DNA from: a virus
Lineage: Duplodnaviria > Caudoviricetes
Reading direction: 5' to 3' (one strand)
IMG/VR virus record: IMGVR_UViG_3300032306_000439
Location: 34,639-98,638 of that record
DNA length: 64,000 nucleotides
Below are positions 52,796-62,671 of the stretch, piece after piece. The notes under the pieces were generated by a model. It was not told the DNA's origin. It worked only from the letters and a program-made list of their open reading frames with translations, and did no database searches. The first letter of the stretch is position 1. Each line of letters starts with the position of its first letter. The translations under genes and the position numbers were made by a program.

Positions 52796-53374
52796 ATGAT
52801 CAGAGTACACAATCTGCCCTTAAATGCTTGGGTGGCAGTCAGCGGGGGAGTTGACTCCATGGCTGTCTTGGACTTTCTGACCAATGGTAAGTCCAGAATA
52901 GATGGCGCTATCTACATAAACCATGGGACGGAGTTCTCTAACGAAGCTGAGAAGCTCGTAGAAGAGTTCTGCGCTAAGAAGTCTATAAAGCTAGACAAGC
53001 ACAAGATAGCCTTAGACTCCGAGGCCAAATGGAGATTCCAGAGGCGCTGGATCTACGGAAAATACAGCTCGGTTATAACTGCCCACCACCTGGACGACGT
53101 TGCCGAGTGGTGGATAATGACCTCACTGAGAGGGCAGCCCCGGCTTATCCCTTGGGTATCAGGCAATGTCCATCATCCCTTTTTGGCCTCGAGAAAAGAG
53201 GCTTTTAGGGAGTGGGCAAAACAAAAGGGGGTGCCGTTTCTAGACGATCCTACAAATGTAGGTAACTACAATGATAGAGCTAAGATCCGGGCTATAATGC
53301 CGTCGTTGCTAGACGTGTACCCAGGCATTCACCAGACTCTCTTTGGCAAGCTTCACGCTGTCCTAAGCGAGTAG
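52796..53374 (+). CDS. tilS: tRNA(Ile)-lysidine synthase, minimal catalytic domain
   Basis: AVSGGVDSM PP-loop, INHG, TAHHLDDVAE, DPTN...R..IR. Confidence 0.9.
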   Translation: MIRVHNLPLNAWVAVSGGVDSMAVLDFLTNGKSRIDGAIYINHGTEFSNEAEKLVEEFCAKKSIKLDKHKIALDSEAKWRFQRRWIYGKYSSVITAHHLDDVAEWWIMTSLRGQPRLIPWVSGNVHHPFLASRKEAFREWAKQKGVPFLDDPTNVGNYNDRAKIRAIMPSLLDVYPGIHQTLFGKLHAVLSE

Positions 53375-53379
53375 TTTTT

Positions 53380-53586
53380 TTAGCTGTCAGAGTTCTTGTC
53401 AGCCGGCCTGTCTTGGTCTCTCTCGGCCATGGACCTGCCCGCTAGAACTCCTATTATGCCCGCTATCTGTGCAATGGCTCCGTCCGTGGACCCTTCGCCG
53501 TTTAGCGCTAGGATGGTTATGGCTACTATACCAACTACTCCAGCTATTAGGGTTCTGTAGCCTTTTAGGCCTGCTCTTAGGCTCAT
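53380..53586 (-). CDS. Small two-TM membrane protein (holin-like)
   Basis: LKGYRT followed by two hydrophobic helices and a charged tail. Confidence 0.5.
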   Translation of the reverse strand: MSLRAGLKGYRTLIAGVVGIVAITILALNGEGSTDGAIAQIAGIIGVLAGRSMAERDQDRPADKNSDS

Positions 53587-53594
53587 AAGTAACC

Positions 53595-53759
53595 CTACTC
53601 CGGTATAGTAACATCAATAGTCGGATGGACCTCTACGGAGGTTAGATTGCTGTCGCGCCAGAAGTAGCGAGCTCGGGCGTCTACGTCCTCGACGGACCAC
53701 CCAGCAAAGAGCCGGATATGCTGCACGCCGTCGATAATAGCGATGACTAAGTAGAGCAT
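53595..53759 (-). CDS. 54-aa protein coupled to the tail fibre gene (not in ORF track)
   Basis: TGATG overlap; [54 protein letters not shown]. Confidence 0.55.
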   Translation of the reverse strand: MLYLVIAIIDGVQHIRLFAGWSVEDVDARARYFWRDSNLTSVEVHPTIDVTIPE

Positions 53760-56700
53760 CAGGGCCTCCCGAAGTAGGTCGTACGGAACGTATAGTCAGG
53801 CGGAGCGTCATTAACCGAGCCGAACTTGACCCACCACCCGCGAATCTGAGTTGTGCGAGTAGCGCTGGTAGACGTGCCGATACGGACGTTGCCGGAGAGC
53901 GAGGTGTCGGCAGTTAAGCCGGCGTAACTGTACGAGTACAGCATGCGCGGTCCGCTCCAGAAGTAGACCCGGGTGCCACTGCGCCTGATTGTCCAGATAC
54001 ACCAGTCGTTTACCGTGTGTGGCATCAGCAGTTCCATTAGTCCCGCCTCAAGGATTAGGCCAGACGTAGACGGATAGATACTGATGCGCTTGGTACCGTC
54101 ACGGATTACGAGAGAGCTCTCGTTGACCGTGCCGACCTGCGACGCTCGAATCTCGACGCGAGCCTCCCAGACCGTGTTTGTGCTGAACTCAGAGTAAGTC
54201 TTGGTCAGTCTAGCTGGGTTCGTAGTGCTAACTAACTGGATGGCCGTGCCGCTGCCTACCACCGGGTAAGTTATTACTGGAGACGTCTCAGCCGTCCAGC
54301 CAGTGGGCACCGCCCCGCTCGGGTCAGAGAACGAGTCGCCCCAAGAGTCGGCTGAATATGCTGACCCACCAGACACCGTCGTCCACGTTGGAGCGCCACC
54401 CCCCGAGCTGGTCAGCACCTGCCCGCTGGTCCCGCTCGTACTTGTAGCTAGAATTTCTCTGCCTGCCGCAGTAATGTCTGTAAGACTGGCAGATTCTACA
54501 TCCGTGAAATAGGCCAACTTATTTGACGTTGGGGCCAGTGGCTGCAATGCCGTAATTGTCGATGCGCCATTTCGCGCTCTTACGGGGCCAGCCCCGCCAG
54601 TCAAAGTAGACGCTAGTATGGTCCCAGAGTAACCATTCGGTGTAACGCCAATTGCGGGAGGCGAGCAAATAAATAAACCCGCACCTTGTACTACTGTAGT
54701 AGTGCTTGGAGTAGAAGAACTAACTCCGTACTGACCTAGTATGAAGTTCCCAGAGCCATTATGAGTGATGGCTGCTCCACCAGCGGTATTTTGAACTAGT
54801 GAGACTATTGACAGTAAGCCAGAGCTAGCTGCTGTGATTAATCCCGTCACATACAGCAATCCTGATGATGTGTACGTAACCGCGCTTCCTGTCCATGAAA
54901 TAGCAGTAGCATTACCACTGGCAGCACTGACCTCCATTCCATCTCTAATCTCTAGTAGGCCCGCAGAGTGCTGTAATGGAGTGGTGGTGCCTACGGTCTG
55001 TAGCTTTACTCCAGCGACTGTGACTATAGATAGTAAGCCGGATCCGTCTACGGCTCCGTTCGATATTGTCATGGCAGTAGCGGAACTACTTGCATAAACA
55101 AATACATCCCGCAAGCGTAGTTCTTGCGGGTTTGAGCCGGATACCGCAATACCCGTACCGCTGCTCACAGAAACAAGTACATCGGCTAGACCTGTAAGTG
55201 CCTGGGTGCGTGTTCCTCCAGAAGTTCCTATATTAACAGTGACCGTTCCTACAATCGTAGTACCTCGGTCAAACCTGCCAGCACCCTGTACCCATACGCC
55301 ACTCTTTAGAGATATGCTTTCTGCGTAGCCGCCAGGAAGAATACTTACTACACCACCACCATCGGCAAATGCTGCGTCGATAGCATCCTGTATGAGTGTG
55401 TAAGCTGCGCCTGAGCCGGAAGGACCGACGCTATACGGAAGGGCATCCGCGCCGTCAGCGCCGTCGGCACCGGGAGCGCCATCAGCACCGTCAGCCCCCG
55501 CTGGACCAACCAACGTGGCAAGCCACGCGGCCTCGGTACCAACGAACCCGTTGGCGACAGCCACCTCGTAGGCTGAAGCACCATCGGCGCCGTCAGCTCC
55601 GGGGGCTCCGTCTGCACCATCAGCGCCGTCAGCTCCGGGGGCTCCGTCGGCACCATCAGCGCCGTCAGCTCCGGGGGCTCCGTCGGCACCATCGGCGCCG
55701 TCAGCTCCGGGGGCTCCGTCTGCACCCTTCTGAGCCAGCAACGTCCAGTAAGGGCTGACGGCCGAAGGCGTGTCGCCAACATTGCCGCCATGCGCATCCG
55801 TCCGGTACCAGGTCTCGCCATCGTAGGTGGCAACATCGCCAATAGCGTAGGGGTCTCCGCCTCCATAAGCGCCACGGAAGTTCCAGAGGGCGTCAGCGCC
55901 GTCTGCTCCGTCTGCTCCTGGAGCGCCGGGTGCGCCAACGAGTGAAGCAAGCCACGCTGCCTCGTCTCCAACGAAACCGTTGGCAACAGCAACCTCGTAA
56001 GCCGATGCCCCATCGGCCCCGTCAGCGCCAGGAGAGACCGAAGTCCAAGTCGGGGTAAGGCCCGCGCCTTGCGAGACTAAGTATTGGCCGGACGTCCCAT
56101 AGTCGAAGCCCGGACGAACGGCTAATGGCCCTGCACCAGCATTCAAAGTAGCCGCGAGCAAAACACCGTTGTAATTAATCGCGGACAAAGACGCAGGCGC
56201 ATAAAGAAAAGCACCTGCGCCCTGTATCATGGTCGTCACGGATGCAGCGGAAGCGGAAATACCGACTGTGCCGAGCGTCATCACGCCCGAACCGTTTTGC
56301 GTAATCGCTGCCCCACCACCCGTTGAAATCGTAGCCAAGAGAAGGGCGATGAGGCCCGTCGAACTCGCCGTGATTAAACCCGTCACGAAGAAGTTTGGCG
56401 AAGCCATGTACGCGATGGCACTACCCGACCAAGCGATAGCGACCGTGTTGCCCGTCGCGGCACTGACTTCAAATCGACCGCGAACGGCTAAGTTGCCCGA
56501 TGATTGCACGAAAGGGGTCGCGGTATTCGTGCCCGTGTTTAGCAACAGAACGCTATCTGCCAAAACGATTGAAACTAAACCCGAACCGTCTACGCCCGTA
56601 TTGTTCATACGAAGCGCGCCCGCCGAGCCCGTCGCACCGCCAGCCAAATAACAGTTCGTGATACGAAGTTCTTGCGGGTTAGAACCCGTGAAATCAACCG

Positions 56701-58153
56701 CGTAAGTGCCGCCCGTCGCGTCAATATAAAGATTGACGAGAGCCGAGATTCTTTGGGGGCGGGACACACCGACAGAGCCGATATTGCACGTCACCGAACC
56801 GTTGATCGTAATCCCACGATCAACGCCAGAATTGCCGAACAACGTAATGCCCTGAGCAAGCGTTACATTTTCGGTGTAACTGCCAGGCATGATGTAAACG
56901 GTGGCACTCACCCCATCCGTCACAGCCTGATTTATCGCCGTCTGAATCGAAGTGAATCGAGCTCCTGAACCAAGGGGTCCGACTGAATAGGCATAATCCG
57001 GAGAGGGTATGCCTTGGTTGCCTTGGTTGCCTTGGTTGCCTTGGTTGCCTTGGTTGCCTTGGATACCCTGCAGGCCCTGTATACCCTGCTCTCCTTGTAT
57101 GCCCTGTATACCCTGCTCTCCTTGTATGCCCTGCGGCCCGACGATCTGGCCGGCGTCGACCCACTCCAACGCCTCAGAGTAGACCCAGAGGTGCCCGCCG
57201 TTCTCCGTCACAACCCAAGCGTCACCAATCTCTTGGCCGGACGTCGGAAGGTCGGAGATGAGCGCCTTGGTTCCCTTGAGGTCGAAAGAGTTGCCGGCAG
57301 GGCCTTGTGTGCCCTGTATGCCCTGCTCGCCTTGGATACCTTGCGAACCCTGCTCGCCTTGGATACCTTGGATACCTTGCAGACCTTGCTCGCCTTGAAT
57401 GCCTTGAATGCCTTGGACGCCCTGTATACCCTGCTCACCCTTCTGAGCTACCAGCTCCCAGTAGGCAGATCCAGTAGTAGGTGTGTCTCCTAGTGCCCCA
57501 CCGTGATCATCCGTGCGGTACCAGGACTCGCCTAGGTACGTGGCTACGTCACCAACAGCGTAAGACGTAGACGCGCTGTACGCTCCCGTGAAGTTCCATA
57601 CACCTCCGCCCCCTGTGAGGTCTGCGAGAGTGGCGAAGGGGTTTAACTGGGTAGGAGCGTTAGAAAACTCAATTGCGTTTAGAGCGTCATTACTAATATC
57701 TACAGTGCTGCCTACAAAAGGCGTAAACCTAAGCCCGGTTACGCCTATTTGTATTTCACCCTCTACGGTTAGCTGCAGTCCAGCAGAGCTGTTAACTACT
57801 CCCTCTGTTACTACTATGGCCTCCCGGCTGGTTAGCTCGTTAGAGGTGTCCATGTCCGGAGCCCTAACAAGAATAAACGGCGTGGAGGGGGACCCTGTGT
57901 CGGATACTACGTAAATGCCGTTGTAGGCTCTGTTGTCCTGGTTCTTAATCAGGACTCTGTTGCTTACGGCTACTTCTATCCCGTCCAAGGCTAGCAGGCC
58001 ATTTGCAGTTCCCGTAAGGCTATGGTCCAGTGAGCTGTAAGTAGCCCCCAGATTTATAGTGCTGGCCAGTCTAACAAAGTTTATAGGCAGCAGTCCTCCT
58101 ATTGAGGCTACTTCCCTAAAACCGCCTATAAGCCCGTCGTATATGATGGCCAT
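53759..58153 (-). CDS. Long tail/head fibre with collagen-like repeats and duplicated beta-helix modules
   Basis: RVLIKNQ...NGIY N-terminal domain; G-x-Q and GAD triplets; two WNF.GAY...YA.GDVATY.GE.WYRTD modules; two YSVGP.GSGA..T.IQ.AI..A domains. Confidence 0.85.
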   Translation of the reverse strand: MAIIYDGLIGGFREVASIGGLLPINFVRLASTINLGATYSSLDHSLTGTANGLLALDGIEVAVSNRVLIKNQDNRAYNGIYVVSDTGSPSTPFILVRAPDMDTSNELTSREAIVVTEGVVNSSAGLQLTVEGEIQIGVTGLRFTPFVGSTVDISNDALNAIEFSNAPTQLNPFATLADLTGGGGVWNFTGAYSASTSYAVGDVATYLGESWYRTDDHGGALGDTPTTGSAYWELVAQKGEQGIQGVQGIQGIQGEQGLQGIQGIQGEQGSQGIQGEQGIQGTQGPAGNSFDLKGTKALISDLPTSGQEIGDAWVVTENGGHLWVYSEALEWVDAGQIVGPQGIQGEQGIQGIQGEQGIQGLQGIQGNQGNQGNQGNQGNQGIPSPDYAYSVGPLGSGARFTSIQTAINQAVTDGVSATVYIMPGSYTENVTLAQGITLFGNSGVDRGITINGSVTCNIGSVGVSRPQRISALVNLYIDATGGTYAVDFTGSNPQELRITNCYLAGGATGSAGALRMNNTGVDGSGLVSIVLADSVLLLNTGTNTATPFVQSSGNLAVRGRFEVSAATGNTVAIAWSGSAIAYMASPNFFVTGLITASSTGLIALLLATISTGGGAAITQNGSGVMTLGTVGISASAASVTTMIQGAGAFLYAPASLSAINYNGVLLAATLNAGAGPLAVRPGFDYGTSGQYLVSQGAGLTPTWTSVSPGADGADGASAYEVAVANGFVGDEAAWLASLVGAPGAPGADGADGADALWNFRGAYGGGDPYAIGDVATYDGETWYRTDAHGGNVGDTPSAVSPYWTLLAQKGADGAPGADGADGADGAPGADGADGADGAPGADGADGADGAPGADGADGASAYEVAVANGFVGTEAAWLATLVGPAGADGADGAPGADGADGADALPYSVGPSGSGAAYTLIQDAIDAAFADGGGVVSILPGGYAESISLKSGVWVQGAGRFDRGTTIVGTVTVNIGTSGGTRTQALTGLADVLVSVSSGTGIAVSGSNPQELRLRDVFVYASSSATAMTISNGAVDGSGLLSIVTVAGVKLQTVGTTTPLQHSAGLLEIRDGMEVSAASGNATAISWTGSAVTYTSSGLLYVTGLITAASSGLLSIVSLVQNTAGGAAITHNGSGNFILGQYGVSSSTPSTTTVVQGAGLFICSPPAIGVTPNGYSGTILASTLTGGAGPVRARNGASTITALQPLAPTSNKLAYFTDVESASLTDITAAGREILATSTSGTSGQVLTSSGGGAPTWTTVSGGSAYSADSWGDSFSDPSGAVPTGWTAETSPVITYPVVGSGTAIQLVSTTNPARLTKTYSEFSTNTVWEARVEIRASQVGTVNESSLVIRDGTKRISIYPSTSGLILEAGLMELLMPHTVNDWCIWTIRRSGTRVYFWSGPRMLYSYSYAGLTADTSLSGNVRIGTSTSATRTTQIRGWWVKFGSVNDAPPDYTFRTTYFGRP
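55590..55728 (-). repeat. 36-nt tandem repeat (about 4 copies) encoding [12 protein letters not shown]
   Basis: Repeated GCCGTCAGCTCCGGGGGCTCCGTC on the plus strand. Confidence 0.85.
57011..57060 (-). repeat. 9-nt tandem repeat encoding (GNQ)n
   Basis: GCCTTGGTT x5. Confidence 0.9.
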
Positions 58154-58165
58154 TTTTGTTCCTGA

Positions 58166-58711
58166 TTAATTAAATAGTGACTTTATTACTGGACTAGCTA
58201 CAGTGTATGTATCGCTGGTTAAGCCCTTCACGCCTTTGTACGCTTTTAGTGCGGCATCGCTAGGGCCCTTTAATCCTCTAGCTCTAAGAGCATCTGACAG
58301 TGAGGATAGCCCCGCCTTTCCAGCTACGGCTCCAGCGGCCGACAGCGGGGTACCCCCTAGTGCGTTATATACAGCAGGGTTGGAGTAGTGGGCAGCCATC
58401 TCAGGGGCTCTTATAACAGCTCCAGTGTAAACGTCCTTGGCCAGCCTGCCGCCTTTTCTAGCGGCGTCTGCTGTTACCGAGGCTCCCCTGCGGGCGGCGT
58501 CTGCTGTTACCGAGGCTCCTCTGCGGGCGGCGTCTGCTGTTACCGAGGCTCCCCTGCGGGCGGCTCCAATACCCTTTATTCCAAACCTCTGGAGAAGGGG
58601 AGACTGGGATAACATACCAAGGCCTTGCATAACTGAAAAGGCCTCTTTGTCCATGGCCATCTTAAGCTGTCCATGGTTGTACAGGGCTCTTCTTAGTCTT
58701 TCGTGCTTCAT
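58166..58711 (-). CDS. Putative virion protein with a 33-nt tandem repeat (RRGASVTADAA x3)
   Basis: Repeat at about 58461-58563; RLRRALYNHG...DKEAF leader also seen twice in the upstream gene. Confidence 0.6.
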   Translation of the reverse strand: MKHERLRRALYNHGQLKMAMDKEAFSVMQGLGMLSQSPLLQRFGIKGIGAARRGASVTADAARRGASVTADAARRGASVTADAARKGGRLAKDVYTGAVIRAPEMAAHYSNPAVYNALGGTPLSAAGAVAGKAGLSSLSDALRARGLKGPSDAALKAYKGVKGLTSDTYTVASPVIKSLFN

Positions 58712-59784
58712 TATAATATTGCTCCAGCAAGGTCAGTTAAATCTGATGTTCTAGTAACGCCCTTTGAATCTAGCTTGGCTAAATTTCGCGTCACCCAGCT
58801 TGGCTGCTCTATTCTTGGGGGCGCAACCCCTGTAGATGGGACTCGTACTCTAGACGTACTAACTACAGTTGGGGAATTGGGGTATCTAGCAGCGACGTTA
58901 CTAGGAGCATTGCCTGGTCTGAACCCGGGTACTGCCTGTGTAGTATTTACCCTTGTAACTGTCTTTGTGACGGGCCTGGCAGTTCTCTGCGCTGTATTAT
59001 ACGCCGCTGTATTTGCGGCGTTTCTAGCCTCAATTGCCGCCATTCTTCCTCGAGCTGCTCTAGCGGTGACGCCTAAGGCCGCATTAGTAGCCCCAGAAGT
59101 CAGAGCTCCAGCGGGCCCGGCTACCACTCCGCCTTTCAGGGCGCCTTTCCCAAAGTCTCTAACTATAGGGTTTTGAACAAATTTTTTGGCAGTGTTAAAG
59201 GCCGTAGAAAAAAAGTCGGAGGTCTTAGTGCCGTGCCTGTTATAGAGGGCTATCTTAAGTCGGTTAAGGCTATCCTCGTCGTAACTCGCTGACTTGGCGG
59301 GGCCATGGTTTAGAAGAGCTGCTCTAAGCCTGTCTAGGCTGGCCTTCTTGTCATAGTAGTCCGCATCAGACTTGACCTTAGCGGCTCTAGTATTAGATAC
59401 GTACTGCTCGTCCGACTTGAGCTTCTTCTTGTCAGTGGCTACCTGTTCGCTCTTTGAGAGCGACTCCCACTTCTCTTTTGGCAGGTATCTAGAAGTAGAC
59501 CCGTCTTTTCTCTCCGCTTTTTCAGGGGTGCCAGGCCTGGTCTGCCACTCCTGCTTGGTCCACTTCTTTAGAGAGTTATCTGAGCTAGAGGGCTTCTTGC
59601 CCTTGTACTCACCGCCACGCTCTTTGTAGAGTCTGACGGCTTGCTGCATAGCCCTAGCTGAGTGCTTGCCACCCATTGAGGCTACTGCGTCTCTCTTGGC
59701 CTGCTCCCACTTCTCTGGGTCAGCCTTCGTAGCTGTCTCAGCTGCGAACTTACGGAGACTATGTAGTAAAGCTAGCTGGTCCAC
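58711..59784 (-). CDS. Basic protein with DUF5872-like domain plus K-x-A modules
   Basis: SARAMQ.AV..YK..GG.Y, SLKKWTKQEWQT, RYLPK..W..LS; family name recalled, not searched. Confidence 0.55.
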   Translation of the reverse strand: MDQLALLHSLRKFAAETATKADPEKWEQAKRDAVASMGGKHSARAMQQAVRLYKERGGEYKGKKPSSSDNSLKKWTKQEWQTRPGTPEKAERKDGSTSRYLPKEKWESLSKSEQVATDKKKLKSDEQYVSNTRAAKVKSDADYYDKKASLDRLRAALLNHGPAKSASYDEDSLNRLKIALYNRHGTKTSDFFSTAFNTAKKFVQNPIVRDFGKGALKGGVVAGPAGALTSGATNAALGVTARAARGRMAAIEARNAANTAAYNTAQRTARPVTKTVTRVNTTQAVPGFRPGNAPSNVAARYPNSPTVVSTSRVRVPSTGVAPPRIEQPSWVTRNLAKLDSKGVTRTSDLTDLAGAIL

Positions 59785-59868
59785 TCAGAGCCCCGACCCC
59801 GGTAAAAGTACTACAGAATAGTAGTTACTATTAGCCGGGGTCGGTAGTTTTATGCTCAGCTAGCCTGG

Positions 59869-60156
59869 CTATATAACGTCGGGGATGGCGTCGATGACGT
59901 CGCCTATTATCTCACGCGCTTTTTCCCCGCTCCTTATTCGATGGGCAATTACTCCTGCCCCAACTCCGGCACCTGCTCCGTACAATAGGCCTTTTAGCCT
60001 ATTTCCTTCTCCAGAGGCTGCAGACCCAATAGCCCCTCCTGCCAGGGCACCGACCGCCGGACGGAACAATGCAGGGGATATCCCAGCGGCCTTCTCAAGG
60101 TCTTCTACAGCTCTCTGGCAGCCGTAGTCGTAGGCTATCTTTAGCATTGGGTTCAT
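59869..60156 (-). CDS. MNPMLKIAYDYGC-leader family, Gly-zipper protein
   Basis: Shared leader ending EKAAG; GxxxG helices. Confidence 0.75.
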   Translation of the reverse strand: MNPMLKIAYDYGCQRAVEDLEKAAGISPALFRPAVGALAGGAIGSAASGEGNRLKGLLYGAGAGVGAGVIAHRIRSGEKAREIIGDVIDAIPDVI

Positions 60157-60167
60157 AATAGGTACTC

Positions 60168-60749
60168 TCAGCCGAAGGGGTTCATGCGCTGGTACCAGGG
60201 CTTGTCGTTAGCTCCTGATAGGGCTCCTGCTCCTAGACCTCCTGCGACTCCGGCGGTCAGAGCGGCTCCAGCCCCTAATCCGTAGGTTTTAAGCGCATTG
60301 ACCTGGTCTTGCCTGGTTTTGAAAATATTACTCATACGGTCGTCAAAGTTTTCCATCCGTACTCCAGGCGGACCACCTGTAGATGATCTAACTGGTACCG
60401 CTTTGAGTCCCCCCTTACCAGACATCTCATTCCTGGCCACCTGAGCGGCTCGTCGCATTTTTGAAAGGGACTTAGGGTCCATAAATCTCTGGGAGAGCTT
60501 TCCACCAGCCGCGCCCAGCAAGGATCCTCCAGCTGCTCCGGCTAGAAAGCCCCTAAGACCATGCCCTTCTTCGGCGTTCATGGCCCCAGCAATACCTCCA
60601 CCCAATCCTCCGTACGAGGCCCCGGTGACTGCGAAGGGATTTTTATATACAAATTTACCTAGGCTGCTCTTCCAGTCGGCGCTCTTCTCAAAGTCTTCTA
60701 CAGCCATCTGGCAGCCATAGTCGTAGGCTATCTTTAGCATTGGGTTCAT
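60168..60749 (-). CDS. MNPMLKIAYDYGC-leader family, Gly-zipper protein
   Basis: Shared leader ending EKSAD. Confidence 0.75.
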   Translation of the reverse strand: MNPMLKIAYDYGCQMAVEDFEKSADWKSSLGKFVYKNPFAVTGASYGGLGGGIAGAMNAEEGHGLRGFLAGAAGGSLLGAAGGKLSQRFMDPKSLSKMRRAAQVARNEMSGKGGLKAVPVRSSTGGPPGVRMENFDDRMSNIFKTRQDQVNALKTYGLGAGAALTAGVAGGLGAGALSGANDKPWYQRMNPFG

Positions 60750-61661
60750 TTAGTTATTCTCCATATAGTCTGCTGCTTCAGAGCCGCCCAGTCCGCCAAG
60801 TACTCCGCTTAAAACGGGAGCGTACCCTGCTGCGGCTGCTCTTAGGGGGTTTCTAGACATGGCTTCAGCGAGCTCATACCTGCTGGGCTCCTGGAGGAAC
60901 TTAGAGTACTCCTTGTCAGACATGCCGGTAAGATCCCTTAGTGGGATGGCGTCGCCAAGTACGGCATCAGGGTCTCTTAGCCTGTTTGATAGCGACGGCG
61001 AGACTATTCCTGGCCTAGTCCTAATGTGCTCCAAAACGGGCTTATTTACTATCCTAGAAAAGGCGTCAGGGTCTCTCAGGATATTGTCCAGGTCAGGAGA
61101 GTTTAGGGCGTCGTCTACAGAATCTGAGAGTTCTGTGTTACGTCTTCTAGTGTCATCTAGAAGAGTGCGGTGCCAGTCTTCTCTATGAGCTAAAGCTTTG
61201 TTTCTTCTGGCGTTAGCCATTTCTCTAAGATGATGTTGGCTAGTAGCCTGGTTAGCCACGTACAAAGACGCTTGCAGGTCTCGTAGGTGGGCCTTCCTCT
61301 TATCTATTATGCTCTGTATCTCATTGTCTTTTAGAGTACCGGCAGGCAATGCTTTGGACGCCCTTAGATCATCTAGTTTTGAGGACATATCCGGGCCCAT
61401 AACGGCCTTTTGTCCTAGTCTAGATAGAGACCCAAGAGCCGCTCCTCCGGCCGCGCCTGACAGTAGGCCGCTTAGTCTGCTGTCTTCATCGGAATTTAAT
61501 AAGCCGGCAACTCCTCCGCCAACTCCGCCTACCACGCCGGCGCCTAAGGAGTCCGTCAAAAAGTCCAGGGCCTTGGTCTCTAGCCTAGAGGCCTGCTTGG
61601 TCATCTCTTCGACAGCCAGCCTGCAACCGTAGTCGTAGGCTATCTTTAGCATTGGGTTCAT
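60750..61661 (-). CDS. MNPMLKIAYDYGC-leader family, Gly-zipper protein
   Basis: Start reassigned to 61661 (TAATG coupling); leader ending TKQAS. Confidence 0.75.
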   Translation of the reverse strand: MNPMLKIAYDYGCRLAVEEMTKQASRLETKALDFLTDSLGAGVVGGVGGGVAGLLNSDEDSRLSGLLSGAAGGAALGSLSRLGQKAVMGPDMSSKLDDLRASKALPAGTLKDNEIQSIIDKRKAHLRDLQASLYVANQATSQHHLREMANARRNKALAHREDWHRTLLDDTRRRNTELSDSVDDALNSPDLDNILRDPDAFSRIVNKPVLEHIRTRPGIVSPSLSNRLRDPDAVLGDAIPLRDLTGMSDKEYSKFLQEPSRYELAEAMSRNPLRAAAAGYAPVLSGVLGGLGGSEAADYMENN

Positions 61662-61942
61662 TATAGGGCCCATATTGGTATGTCTGGGATAGAATTCATA
61701 AAATCTAAAGCATCCTCAGGTCTGTTTCCAATGGCCCCTCCCAACAGGGCTCCTCCAGCAGCTCCAATAAGCAGTCTTTTTAGACGGTCTTCTCTTTCTG
61801 CAGTTAATCCCGCGCCAATGGCGCCTATGGTTCCTCCTTTGAGAGCTCCCGCAATCAGGCCTGAGGTTCCGGCACTCTTCTCAAAGTCTTCTACGGCTTT
61901 ATGGCAGCCGTAGTCGTAGGCTATCTTTAGCATTGGGTTCAT
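61661..61942 (-). CDS. MNPMLKIAYDYGC-leader family, Gly-zipper protein
   Basis: Shared leader ending EKSAG. Confidence 0.75.
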   Translation of the reverse strand: MNPMLKIAYDYGCHKAVEDFEKSAGTSGLIAGALKGGTIGAIGAGLTAEREDRLKRLLIGAAGGALLGGAIGNRPEDALDFMNSIPDIPIWAL

Positions 61943-61954
61943 ACCAGCGTTCCT

Positions 61955-62614
61955 TTATTCCTCGACTAACTCATTCAAGCCATACCCACCAAGAGATCCT
62001 AGCCCTCCCGGTAGTAGGACCGAGGCTAGGGCTCTAGTCTTGTTGTTTGAGATATCGCTGGACAGCGTGCTCTCAGCATTGTTGAACTTGTTAGCCCCAA
62101 ACACGCTAGTAGGCTCGTTCTTTATGGCATCTATATTAGATAGAATTGCGTTTCTTTTGAACGCTCTTGCTGCGCCAGGGGGTTGTCTACGCAGAAGCGC
62201 AAGCTCGTCCTGCAGATCTCTAACAGTAGAGGCTATGTGCGCAGCGTGGGCTCTATCTAGTGCCCTTCTATTATTTAACAAGGACGCAGCTTGATCATAC
62301 TCAACTAGACTGTCGTCTATGTCGGCCCCTCGCAGTCTCTTCTGTAAGGCTGTACCAAGTGATCCAGTAACAGCTCCGCCGCCTGCTCCGATTAGCATGC
62401 TCCTTAGCAGATCATCTCCGTCTAGGGACGGGTCATTAAGGGCGGCACTTAGCGCTCCTCCGGATGCTCCTGACAGAGCTCCAGTTATACCCGCTCCTGC
62501 GGCACCTGATAGGTCTGAGAACACGCGGTTCAATGTAGATCCTGCAGTCTTCTCAAAGTCTGCTACAGCCATCTGGCAGCCGTAGTCGTAGGCTATCTTT
62601 AGCATTGGGTTCAT
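61955..62614 (-). CDS. MNPMLKIAYDYGC-leader family, Gly-zipper protein
   Basis: Shared leader ending EKTAG. Confidence 0.75.
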   Translation of the reverse strand: MNPMLKIAYDYGCQMAVADFEKTAGSTLNRVFSDLSGAAGAGITGALSGASGGALSAALNDPSLDGDDLLRSMLIGAGGGAVTGSLGTALQKRLRGADIDDSLVEYDQAASLLNNRRALDRAHAAHIASTVRDLQDELALLRRQPPGAARAFKRNAILSNIDAIKNEPTSVFGANKFNNAESTLSSDISNNKTRALASVLLPGGLGSLGGYGLNELVEE

Positions 62615-62671
62615 TGGACAGTCCTAGATAAGAGCTACGGAAATAGTAAGGGTATTTAAGGCGTAGGGCAA

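Larger units (their letters stand above)
60125..62614 (-). repeat. Five identical 32-nt dispersed repeats ATGAACCCAATGCTAAAGATAGCCTACGACTA at gene starts
   Basis: Copies start at 60156, 60749, 61661, 61942 and 62614 on the minus strand. Confidence 0.92.

Noticed and set aside
60125-62614. 32-nt repeats as a CRISPR array
   Set aside because: Spacing is 281-912 bp and each repeat is the in-frame start of a gene.
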